IMG/VR virus record: IMGVR_UViG_3300006852_000005
Coordinates: 1 to 64,000 of that record
Reading direction: 5' to 3' (one strand)
Origin: a virus
Lineage: Duplodnaviria; Caudoviricetes
DNA length: 64,000 nt
Numbering within the stretch: the stretch's first letter is position 1; each line of letters opens with the position of its first letter. The position numbers and the translations under genes are program-made. Below are positions 49,101-57,482 of this stretch, one piece after another. The notes below the pieces were generated by a model, which was not told where the DNA came from, did not search any database, and worked only from the letters and a program-made list of their open reading frames with translations.

Positions 49101-49596
49101 CGTGGAGAAACTTCTTGGTGGACTGATCCCATCGCATACGCTCGTTATCGCGCTGAGCGACGACCTCGCCGTCGGGAATCGTGGCACGGTGGATCGCCTT
49201 CGTCGGGGCGAACTTCTTCAACGCCTTCACGACACCGGAGATACCACCACCTGGTGTCTCGGTCCATTGACCATCAGCATCGCGAAGTTCATGTTTCCAC
49301 TGATCACCACCGGCTGCGGCCGTCATTGCCGCGGTGATCGAGCTCTCACCACTGAGGAACGCGTCCACCTCGGCGTCTGTGAAGCCACCGTCATCGAACT
49401 CCTCATGAGCGTTGGCCTCATCCTCCTGTGCCTGACGCTCCTCCGGAGTAAGGGTGTGCGAGATGTCGCGGAAGGGATCATCCAGCGGCAACTCATCGGT
49501 CATCAGGTAGTGCTGAGCCTCCGCGAGCGTCATACCACGAGGCATCGCAGCGATCTCAGAGAGGTCGAACGTCTCATCAACGTGGAAGTTACTCAT
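46171..49596 (-). CDS. Multidomain head protein: VIP2-like ADP-ribosyltransferase, 2H phosphoesterase, PI3/4K-HipA-like kinase
   Basis: YT..N..LR, VWRG, YTSTS, AQEVVL; LHCT and PHIT; NGDRHEYN...IDHG. Confidence 0.85.
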   Translation of the reverse strand: MSNFHVDETFDLSEIAAMPRGMTLAEAQHYLMTDELPLDDPFRDISHTLTPEERQAQEDEANAHEEFDDGGFTDAEVDAFLSGESSITAAMTAAAGGDQWKHELRDADGQWTETPGGGISGVVKALKKFAPTKAIHRATIPDGEVVAQRDNERMRWDQSTKKFLHEKRKGDSWGKGKPLTKKQAYDKVKTGDWQTPEVEPRAGTFIGNVPETHQNARPQLTEADVPSTIDDVTPEIVGHDEAALSKTEGLTGTDALDAITHPLEPTDIKELNAYTGNGYNPDRMNFKALNDRLRNGPPALDRVSDAQIAETQVAALDDVVARGTVTKPITVWRGLEGVQDQYKNLKVGDVLSDKAYTSTSANGDVATQIYATKPGAVVFKISVPAGTHAVKFPTNTDDPEANDHYIKAQEVVLGRDQRMRVLGISKLPNSDTPVIELEVMNNVEDLTAAAVVHTGAMIALVPSEDDAGRLAVHGGLPAGELHCTIKYLGEAADITEENEEQILSRIEAAASALDVIDAEGFGLALFNPGDAQPDREECTVLLVQGDELTESYEFICEQVHDVIDQSAHSFKTWIPHITLTETATDLTPLVDQVGPITFDRIRVAFAGENYDFPLGAGQTGTDRSELETSEPPQAPERTPAVGSYTVEFESVFDLDHPDVQGWLNEYIAWAKERGVKSPGSAGHQLRDYWVYGPGAAKIRWNTEGDGTRCIKHMRKYVGVRAGGLCQYYHQLATGTTMGRHPGRPTEAAVGDVVPFDFDPNQPRDAHGRWRDTNPGNLHIMELADHVWNARNTKDGTTVLSGVDTHGSRHDLVSNGDGTISAYNEYGDDAHSTFDSKEYLLSWLRLSGDNGGGADVRWQRLSVPEATAPVAKGAPKRVKVSSPPDTTSSPELASSLDRLTKLTSGTEVSIDDISSGQVGIVSKVTTKDGSYIRKESKSWGSSTGKEITDAEDLVAELGIRIGAPVPAAERVNQTTVHMELVDGTPAGDHFDIEGRDDYEYNTDPERDKILKSRKGRLLGLLDLMTLNGDRHEYNWMIDKNGDPVGIDHGLGWSTAKPADSTQIPDDKLIKGWMDQIESPFVPSFVPYDEMFRRSDIDKARSALDAMETRFNEMRKPRWIGISRRVLDIIEEQMDMTLAQQAS

Positions 49597-52500
49597 CGCC
49601 ACATCATCCCTGCGTCGACAGCCGCAATGATCTGACTCTCGTCATCCGGCTTAGGTACGATGCGAACACGAACCGTAGCACCACTACCGTTAGGTGTCAC
49701 GCTAAGAATGTGGTAGTAGAGACCGGCGGCGAGCAGCATCTCATTCTCGCCCTTGTGGAGTGAGATCGGCTTGGCCCAGTACATCGGCGTCCCAGGTGGC
49801 GCCTCGATCTCAATCTTGACGTGACCACCGAACGCCGAGTGCCCACCGGTTGACGTCGAACCAAAGCCACCCATCCAGCGCGTCTGGCCGACCATCTTCG
49901 CCAGGCTAGCGTACGACGTAGCCTTGAACGCGTCGAAACCAACACCACGGTGGAGCAACACCGGCTCGATCGAGGGGATCATCGCCGCCTGAGCGTTGTT
50001 CATACTTTGCTCATTCGAGCTGGAGATGCCCTGCACCTTGCCATACAGGAAGGCGTTGATGGAGTGGTAGATACCGCCGGTGTAGTTGGTAATGCCACTC
50101 TTAGCGGAGCCTGAAGGTTCCTGCCCGGTCGCCTTCTTAAAGGCCGCCAGCGCCTTGTTAAACCACGAGGTAGCCGAGCTGGTGTCCAAAACATTGTACG
50201 AATACTTGTTCGACTCCTCAAGCGTCGGTAGGTTACCCTCAACGCCTGCCATGAACTTCGGCGGCGGTGGCTTCGGGATCGGCAGGTTGTGCAGGATCGC
50301 GTAGCCGGCGGGTGTCTGCAGCCAGTCGGTGATCTTCTTCTCGAAGAGGTGATCGTCAGGCTTCGAGACCTTGGCAGCGCCGACCTCATCGATAACGCGC
50401 AGCGTCTGCATCTTCGTGAGGTTGTTGTTGTCCGCGATCGTGATCAACGCGGCCCAGATGTCCTGGCTTGAGCTCTTGAGGTACGTCGCCGGCTGGGACT
50501 TGAACGCCTGGTAGACCTGCTTCTTCTGCGCATCACTTAGGTGGGAGATGTCCCCGCCACCCATGTCGATCGTCCCACCACCGGGCACCGTGACGACGCT
50601 CGCTGAGTGCGACGTCTTAACCGTTGGGACCGTAGCCTCCGGCTTGTACCAGCCGTAAACGGGTGCTGAGTTAGCGAGCGTCGCTACCTTGTACGACTCG
50701 GTATTCGTCGTCGTCCACGTGTTGTTGGCTGGGCTCCAGGTCTGAAGCTGGAACTCAGACCCAGGCTTGTGATAGACGATTCGATGTTGACCATTAGACG
50801 AGTACGCGAGAACGGTCGTCGCCTTATACTGACTCTTCTTAGAGAGCGGACCCCACGCTGCGACCTTCGGACCCTTGGGTACGTCGGTTCCATCGGGAAG
50901 CGTGATCGTTCCGAAGATGCCGGTTGGCTTCGGTGGCGGCGGTGGCGGTGGCGGCGGTGGCGGCGCCGGAGGTGTCGTTGGATATTTCAACGCCACAGGT
51001 GCTGGCTTTGGTGGCTTAGGATGAGCCACCGGCGTCGTCGCGTCGTACCACTTCGTCTTCACAACCTTAGCCAGCGACGCCAACTTGTACTGCTCGCCGT
51101 CGACGTAGATCCACTTCTTGTTGGTGTCATCCCACTTGTGTAGGTAGAAGAACCCGTAGTTGGCCGACAGCCTGTACTTGCCATCTTCCGAGTACGCCAG
51201 AGGCTGGCCGCTGTTCTTCTTGGCGGCCAGGTCCTTCCACACCTTAACCTCGGGACCCTTGTCCACCGTCGTACCGTCGGCTAGTGTCAGCTTCGACTTC
51301 GGTGTTGATGAGGCAGCAGGCGCGATCTTTGTCGGACTTAGGTCAATCGCGTAGTTCCAATAGTCCGAGTGGTCTTGCGCCAGCTTCTTGGGATGGTCAC
51401 CCTCGGCGAAGAGCTCGTACTTGTTCGTGGCCGGATTGTACTTGCGAAGCTGGTATCCACCGAAGTTGGAGACCAAGATAAGTTCTTTGCTAGGTGACAC
51501 CGCGTGTAGCTTGTACCCGGCGTCTGGGTTGACGTCACCGATCGACTCCCAGCCATCCATTGGGATCGTGTAACCGGTCGACACTGGTGTTCCGTCCTTG
51601 AGTGGGAACACGTTAGGTGTCGTGCTTAGTCCGGTGAACTTATCCGTGATCGGTGGCGGAGAGTTTGGTGACTGTTCCGCGTGAACCCAACTCTTGAAGA
51701 AACCCACCTTGTTAGTTGCTGTGAGGTACGGATCCTTACCCGAGCCAGCAAGTTCATACTTATGCTTGTCAGGATTCCACGTTGAGACAAAGAACCAACC
51801 ATCGGTTGAAAACAGTTGGTGTTGAAGATCTGTCGTTACGGCGTGCAGCTTATGTCCAGGAACAACGCTCTTATCCTTAAGAATCTGCTGCCAGTCTTCA
51901 GGCTGAATATCCTCCGCAAGTAGGACCTCGGTGCCGTCCGGCAGTGTGTCGATCGGTGACGCGATCGACACGTCCTTAACCTCACCCTCGGTCGACACCG
52001 GTGCGAGTGTCCACTTCGTGTTCTTGCCGAGGACGTTGTTGTCCATGAAGTTTGTGAGTTGTTCCTCGGTGGTGAACTCGTATGACGTAGGCACATCTGT
52101 GCCTTCATCATTGTGGTAGAACACCTGCAGCTTCTTAAAGCCTTCACCATCACCATCTTGCTTGATCTTATAGGTGAAGGTTCCACCTTCCTTGACGTAC
52201 GTTCCGGTGGCAATGATCTTCGCGTACGTAGCCGAACCAAACGATGGTGTCGCGTTCCAGACCTCGTCTGCGGTGGCATTACGTGAACCAACGGTCGGCG
52301 ACAACGTCGGATCACTACCGCCCGGCGTACCCGCGTACCACTTATCGGTCATGTTCCACGTGTCGACCGGGAAGTGATTTAGCAACGACGACTGTGGTTC
52401 CGCCGCGACGATCTCACTCGTCCAGTTCGGGCTGTCGGCGGTGCCGTCGTTGGTCTCGAGAACAAACTTGCTGTCATCGTCATACGTGACTCGCCACTTA

Positions 52501-55500
52501 CCGTCCTCACGCGTCGCGACGACGTCACCGGGAACCCACGGCAACTTTTCTAGATCCGCAAACGACGTGACCACCTGCGGTACATGCACACCAGGTGTTG
52601 GCGTCGGTGCTGGCTTAGCGCCAGACAGTGATGCGTAGACCGGAGCTCCGGTCGGCGTCGGGTATATCTTCCACGAGTCGCCGTTGTCGTCGTTCATCTT
52701 AAGGTAGGCGTCGACCTCGTGTGGCTCAACCTTGACGAGCGCCACACCGTTCTTAAACACAAACATGTGTTCGCCAAGCTGACCCTTTTCAACGGTAAGA
52801 AGATCACCGTTCTCAAGATTCTTGTTGGCGATCACCGAGTAGCTCTTCACATCGGGATCGGCCAGGGCCTTCATGATCAGTGAGGTGCCGGGATGCTCGT
52901 CAGACGACGGCGGCATCACGGTCGGCTTCTTGACGTCAGGATGCGCGATGACGTAGTCGAGACCCTTCTTCGTCTTCAGCCACTTCTTAAGCTTGTTCGT
53001 GTACGAGCTGTTCGTCGGCGCGCTGGGCGGCAACCCAGTGTCCAGCGCCGCTAGGATCTGCATGTTCGTCAGGTGTTCGTAACCGACACCCGCATCTGAG
53101 GTCTTGAACGACTGCAGTGCATCCCAGATCGCCTCAGGCTTGTTGTGCCACTTCGCACCGTTGGCATTGAAGTACGTCTTAAGAACACCGATCTGCGCGG
53201 GCGACATGCTGGTGATGTCAGCACCTGGGTTCGGCGCAGGCTTCGGTGGATCGACGTTGACGAGATGCCACTTTGACGTACTTGTGTGATCTTGCGCCGT
53301 GAACGCTAAGTCATTTGCCGGGATGTTTGTCTCAAGGGTCATCCAGTCACTGGGGTTGTTCGTTGATTGCTTCTGGATGCGAAACTTCTTCATGTCTGCG
53401 TTAGGTAGTGATGTACCACCCGCAATGATGCGGAAGTTACCCTCAGGTGTCGTCACCGTCGCAATGACTTGGTTCTTGACGAACGTAGCCATAGACTCAA
53501 ATGTGAACTTTTGCTTCCACGCTTCCGAGGTAAACGTTGTCTCGTTGTCACCACCGTAGGCACCGGTTGACACAGCACCGTCAATCGCCGCATTGTGCTG
53601 TGAGATGTTCGCCGGCACACCAAAGTGCGGAACGGCTACGTCACCCTTAAGCCAACTCTTAACACTCTCGTTTGAGTGATACTTGGTGACATCAGCGAGA
53701 TCATCTTCCCACTCGGCGTCAGACGCGCCTTCACCCGGTAGACCCAGCTTGCTGACCACCGTCCACTTACCGGTGCTGTTCTGAATCTTACTGAGCTCGA
53801 TCTGACCGGTGCTGATGTTGTACGTCATCGCCAGGCTACCGTCTGTCGTCACTCCGATCGTCGTACCGGGTGCGTTAAACAGTCCGGCATCCACCATGTC
53901 GTCAACGCTCAGCTCATCCTCAGGCTCCCACCATGTATCTGAACCGACATTACCGTCAAGATCTTGATTGAACAACGAGCTAGGATTCCACGCAATGTCA
54001 GCACCACCAGCTTTGTCGATCCACCACTGGTTAAACGCATCATTATCATGAAACTGAACAGATGACTTACCATCACCGGTCTCTTCGTACAATGCAAGCG
54101 GATAGTCAAACGATGTCTTACGAATCGTAACCGGGTTACCATTCTTATCATTTCCAGCGATAAGAATATTACCCGGCTTTGCGGTCTTAGCTGCGTCAAG
54201 AACATTCGTGCCAAGTTCAGCGTGCTTGGTGTCGACCGGATACGCCATCTTGACGGCAGATGTTCCCAACTTAGCCTGACGCTGTGCGGTCGTCTTCTTG
54301 TAAAGATCGCTAAAGTCCTTTTCCAGCGTATCACGACGCTGCATGATCGCCTTAAGGAACGTCTCAGGATCGTTACCGTAGGCGCTTAACCATCCGTTCT
54401 TGGCGGCACCCTGCGCGTACGAACCGAACATATCCCGGATGTCATCGTCAGAGAGCTCGGTCGCGTCAAAGATAACCTGCGCGATCGCATGATCTTCATC
54501 CGGATCGTGCATCTGGATGTTCTCGCCGTTGGCATATGCCTTCCACATGTCCGGGTACGTGTGCTTGTTTGGACTGAGTGGGCTCCACGGCTTGTAGTCC
54601 GGATCAAGCTTGTCCTTGGCGTAGAACCTGAAGGCGTGACCCTTGTCGATGGACGAGATGTGACCGTTTGGTAGTCTGATGAACTGACCGGAGTGTGCGT
54701 CGTTGTTGCCCAGGAGCCAGTCGAGGACTTGCTCCTTCTGCATGTCACGCACATCTTCTTCAGACAAGTTCGTCGGCTTAAACGAACCGTTCGGGAACGC
54801 GTCCTGGGCGTCGAACATCGCCTGCACGGCGGCCGGCTTGCCATCGACGTCCATCACCCACGTCTTGGGACCCTTAAGCCCGATGGCTGCCTGCAGCTTG
54901 TTCGCCGCGACGTCGAGCTCAAGCACAGGATCATCGTTAGGGTTCTTCTTACGACGCACCAACCAGCGCTGACCCTTGTCATCGATGTAGATCGGCGACG
55001 CGGAGACTCCCGTGGCCGCGTTCCCGATCTTCTTCATCTTCGCGGGATCAGGCTTGTGTGCGTTCATCACCGCCACGATGGAACCCGGCACACCAGGCGG
55101 CGATGAATACGACTTAATGACAACCGGCGGTGAAACCGGTGGTGGAGCTGTTGACTTCGGTGCGGATGCAGGCTGACGCCAGTCCCACTTCGCGTCCTTC
55201 GCCATCTTATACGTGTCGGCCTTGGTGTCATACGAGACCGAGTACCACGCATCAGTCACAGTGCTCTTCTGCTGCAGCTGGTACTTCTTCATCCCCGCAC
55301 TCCAGCGGAGTCGATGAGTGCCATCAGCACTCACGGCGACGACCGTACCATCCTGGTGTTGCTTGTGAATGGTCGCAGGAATGAACTTCTTAGTTGACGG
55401 CGCAGATGATGTGACCTTCGCTGGCTCAACGTTTTCAAGAGGCGTTGGCACCGTACTTGGAATGGTAGGCACCGCGTTGGGTACGCCCGGTGGTGAATCC

Positions 55501-57476
55501 AGCTTCATGTTCTCCGGCACCGGCGTGGTAATGGTCGTGTCGGAGTCGGGACCCTTGTTCTCAAAGCCAGAGATCTTATGCTTAAGCGGCTCAGACATCG
55601 GCGACGAGCTGATGCCATGCGTCAGCTTGGAGATCCAGCCCTGCTGCTTATCCGTCAGGTTGTCCCAGGTCTCCTGGGAATCGATCGCGCCGACGGCATC
55701 CTTCAGCTGCGTGAATGTTGGGCTGTTCATCTTAAAGAAGTCAGCAAGTGGACCCTTACTGATGAACCGCCCGTCCTTGCCGCGCGGATGCTGCTCAGGC
55801 TGCCACTTACGGTGAACGCCACTCGCCGTCAGGGCCATGTCCATGGCGAACTTGTACGACTGCGACTTAGGTGGCTTCGGCGGATCAGCCGGGATGATGT
55901 CATTGGTATCGGTCGTCGAGTCACCGGTGTCGAAGATGTCGAAGATCTTCGGAATGCTGTCGGCCAGCGCCGGGTGGAAGTCACCATCACGCAACATTGT
56001 GGCGATCTGCTGCCTCGTCAGCCACAACGCGTTCATAACCTCGGCGTGATCGACCTCAGGCTCAAACTGACGTGGCGCCTCAGCGGCGATGTTCGTGTAC
56101 TTCCACGGTTCAGGCTGACCCTCAATAGGCTGAACGGTTACGTGCGTACCCAGGTGCTTAACGTCATCCAGGTACTTCTGCGAGACGTGCAGTTCCTCAT
56201 ACGTCTCGCGAGCCGCACCCTGGGCCGGAGTCTCATACTGATCCATCGCACCGCCGGGAAGCTGCCACTTCCCGGTGTTGGAGACGGCCTTACCACGCTG
56301 GATGAAGAGGAAGCTGTCTTCACCGTCCTCGTTTGGCGCCTTGATCATGACACCCGAGGCGCCGTACGTTCCCCAGATGCGCCACTGCTGGTTCTTAACG
56401 AGGTACTTGTCGCCCGACTTACCACGCAGTGCCGCAGGTAGGATCACGAACTTGTTGGGATCCTTGGCGATCTCGGCGATCTGCTCAGGTGTGCGACCAC
56501 CGTACTTGCGCTCAATGCGAGCCTGCTCAGCCTTCTTCATGGCTGCAAGCTGCTCAGGTGTCGGTGGCGCCTTCTTCTGCTTAGGTACCTTAAAACCACC
56601 AAGCAGCTTTGAGATCTCGACGTCACTCAAGTCATCGATGAACTCACCACTATGAGGATCCCGCGGATGATCTTTAGGATCCCAGTTAGGCTTACCCTTT
56701 GCCCACGGGTATCCCGCGGACATCATGACGAGCTCTTCCTCATCATCCGCGGTGACGTCAGGGAACAACTCGTATGTCACAGAGCAGCGACAGTTGATCG
56801 TCTCGTCCAGTGGTCCACGAGGATCTCCTGGGTACTGCATCTGTGAACGACCAACCGTGAACGGCTCGGAGATCTTTTGTGTCTGACCGTCAGCCTCATC
56901 ATGTGTTGGCCGTGTGTGCGAGTCGTTGGTCGCCAGCCAAGACTTCTTGCCGTCGGGATCCACCATCGCAGCCTGAGCATATGAGCCAGCTTCTAGCGCA
57001 GCGTGGATCTCGGTACGTGCGATCGTCAGTGCCTTGGAGTCTGAGACGTTACCGACGTGCTTGATGCGCGCGGCGATCTGCTTGACGTCCTCATCTAGCG
57101 CGTAACCCTTGATGAGCTGCGTGTGGATCGCGTCCCAGACGTCCTGGCTTAGATCTTGAAACCGGTTGGCGGCCAGCTGCAGGTGTGTCTCCACGAAGTC
57201 TTCATTTAGGAGGAACGCCTTATCCCCCAAACCAAGGTCCTGACGCACCCTCTCAGCACCGTCGAGTACCTGCATGCCCAGATATCCCAGCAAGGGTCCG
57301 TCCACCTGCTGAGCCCACAGGGAGGGCAGCTCATTGAGGTCTGACATCGATACCCGCGTGGTCTGCTTACCGACCAGCGCGCGCATCACGGCACGCCACG
57401 CCTTCTGGATCAACGCAGCTAGTGTGTCAGCGCGCTCATCCTTCTCGTCGCGCGACCACCCCCGTGTGTCCGCCAC
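49593..57476 (-). CDS. MuF minor head protein fused to Nudix, kinase-like, repeat and VIP2-like ADP-ribosyltransferase domains
   Basis: IARTE, TRPTH, PGDP, INCRC; PGGAMDQYETPAQGAARETYEE; NNDAHSGQ...IDKG; HRG, STS, ENE. Confidence 0.9.
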   Translation of the reverse strand: MADTRGWSRDEKDERADTLAALIQKAWRAVMRALVGKQTTRVSMSDLNELPSLWAQQVDGPLLGYLGMQVLDGAERVRQDLGLGDKAFLLNEDFVETHLQLAANRFQDLSQDVWDAIHTQLIKGYALDEDVKQIAARIKHVGNVSDSKALTIARTEIHAALEAGSYAQAAMVDPDGKKSWLATNDSHTRPTHDEADGQTQKISEPFTVGRSQMQYPGDPRGPLDETINCRCSVTYELFPDVTADDEEELVMMSAGYPWAKGKPNWDPKDHPRDPHSGEFIDDLSDVEISKLLGGFKVPKQKKAPPTPEQLAAMKKAEQARIERKYGGRTPEQIAEIAKDPNKFVILPAALRGKSGDKYLVKNQQWRIWGTYGASGVMIKAPNEDGEDSFLFIQRGKAVSNTGKWQLPGGAMDQYETPAQGAARETYEELHVSQKYLDDVKHLGTHVTVQPIEGQPEPWKYTNIAAEAPRQFEPEVDHAEVMNALWLTRQQIATMLRDGDFHPALADSIPKIFDIFDTGDSTTDTNDIIPADPPKPPKSQSYKFAMDMALTASGVHRKWQPEQHPRGKDGRFISKGPLADFFKMNSPTFTQLKDAVGAIDSQETWDNLTDKQQGWISKLTHGISSSPMSEPLKHKISGFENKGPDSDTTITTPVPENMKLDSPPGVPNAVPTIPSTVPTPLENVEPAKVTSSAPSTKKFIPATIHKQHQDGTVVAVSADGTHRLRWSAGMKKYQLQQKSTVTDAWYSVSYDTKADTYKMAKDAKWDWRQPASAPKSTAPPPVSPPVVIKSYSSPPGVPGSIVAVMNAHKPDPAKMKKIGNAATGVSASPIYIDDKGQRWLVRRKKNPNDDPVLELDVAANKLQAAIGLKGPKTWVMDVDGKPAAVQAMFDAQDAFPNGSFKPTNLSEEDVRDMQKEQVLDWLLGNNDAHSGQFIRLPNGHISSIDKGHAFRFYAKDKLDPDYKPWSPLSPNKHTYPDMWKAYANGENIQMHDPDEDHAIAQVIFDATELSDDDIRDMFGSYAQGAAKNGWLSAYGNDPETFLKAIMQRRDTLEKDFSDLYKKTTAQRQAKLGTSAVKMAYPVDTKHAELGTNVLDAAKTAKPGNILIAGNDKNGNPVTIRKTSFDYPLALYEETGDGKSSVQFHDNDAFNQWWIDKAGGADIAWNPSSLFNQDLDGNVGSDTWWEPEDELSVDDMVDAGLFNAPGTTIGVTTDGSLAMTYNISTGQIELSKIQNSTGKWTVVSKLGLPGEGASDAEWEDDLADVTKYHSNESVKSWLKGDVAVPHFGVPANISQHNAAIDGAVSTGAYGGDNETTFTSEAWKQKFTFESMATFVKNQVIATVTTPEGNFRIIAGGTSLPNADMKKFRIQKQSTNNPSDWMTLETNIPANDLAFTAQDHTSTSKWHLVNVDPPKPAPNPGADITSMSPAQIGVLKTYFNANGAKWHNKPEAIWDALQSFKTSDAGVGYEHLTNMQILAALDTGLPPSAPTNSSYTNKLKKWLKTKKGLDYVIAHPDVKKPTVMPPSSDEHPGTSLIMKALADPDVKSYSVIANKNLENGDLLTVEKGQLGEHMFVFKNGVALVKVEPHEVDAYLKMNDDNGDSWKIYPTPTGAPVYASLSGAKPAPTPTPGVHVPQVVTSFADLEKLPWVPGDVVATREDGKWRVTYDDDSKFVLETNDGTADSPNWTSEIVAAEPQSSLLNHFPVDTWNMTDKWYAGTPGGSDPTLSPTVGSRNATADEVWNATPSFGSATYAKIIATGTYVKEGGTFTYKIKQDGDGEGFKKLQVFYHNDEGTDVPTSYEFTTEEQLTNFMDNNVLGKNTKWTLAPVSTEGEVKDVSIASPIDTLPDGTEVLLAEDIQPEDWQQILKDKSVVPGHKLHAVTTDLQHQLFSTDGWFFVSTWNPDKHKYELAGSGKDPYLTATNKVGFFKSWVHAEQSPNSPPPITDKFTGLSTTPNVFPLKDGTPVSTGYTIPMDGWESIGDVNPDAGYKLHAVSPSKELILVSNFGGYQLRKYNPATNKYELFAEGDHPKKLAQDHSDYWNYAIDLSPTKIAPAASSTPKSKLTLADGTTVDKGPEVKVWKDLAAKKNSGQPLAYSEDGKYRLSANYGFFYLHKWDDTNKKWIYVDGEQYKLASLAKVVKTKWYDATTPVAHPKPPKPAPVALKYPTTPPAPPPPPPPPPPPKPTGIFGTITLPDGTDVPKGPKVAAWGPLSKKSQYKATTVLAYSSNGQHRIVYHKPGSEFQLQTWSPANNTWTTTNTESYKVATLANSAPVYGWYKPEATVPTVKTSHSASVVTVPGGGTIDMGGGDISHLSDAQKKQVYQAFKSQPATYLKSSSQDIWAALITIADNNNLTKMQTLRVIDEVGAAKVSKPDDHLFEKKITDWLQTPAGYAILHNLPIPKPPPPKFMAGVEGNLPTLEESNKYSYNVLDTSSATSWFNKALAAFKKATGQEPSGSAKSGITNYTGGIYHSINAFLYGKVQGISSSNEQSMNNAQAAMIPSIEPVLLHRGVGFDAFKATSYASLAKMVGQTRWMGGFGSTSTGGHSAFGGHVKIEIEAPPGTPMYWAKPISLHKGENEMLLAAGLYYHILSVTPNGSGATVRVRIVPKPDDESQIIAAVDAGMMWR

Positions 57477-57482
57477 GTCGAA

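Noticed and set aside
50930-50970. GGTGGC/GGCGGC microsatellite as a DNA repeat element
   Set aside because: It encodes an in-frame poly-proline linker
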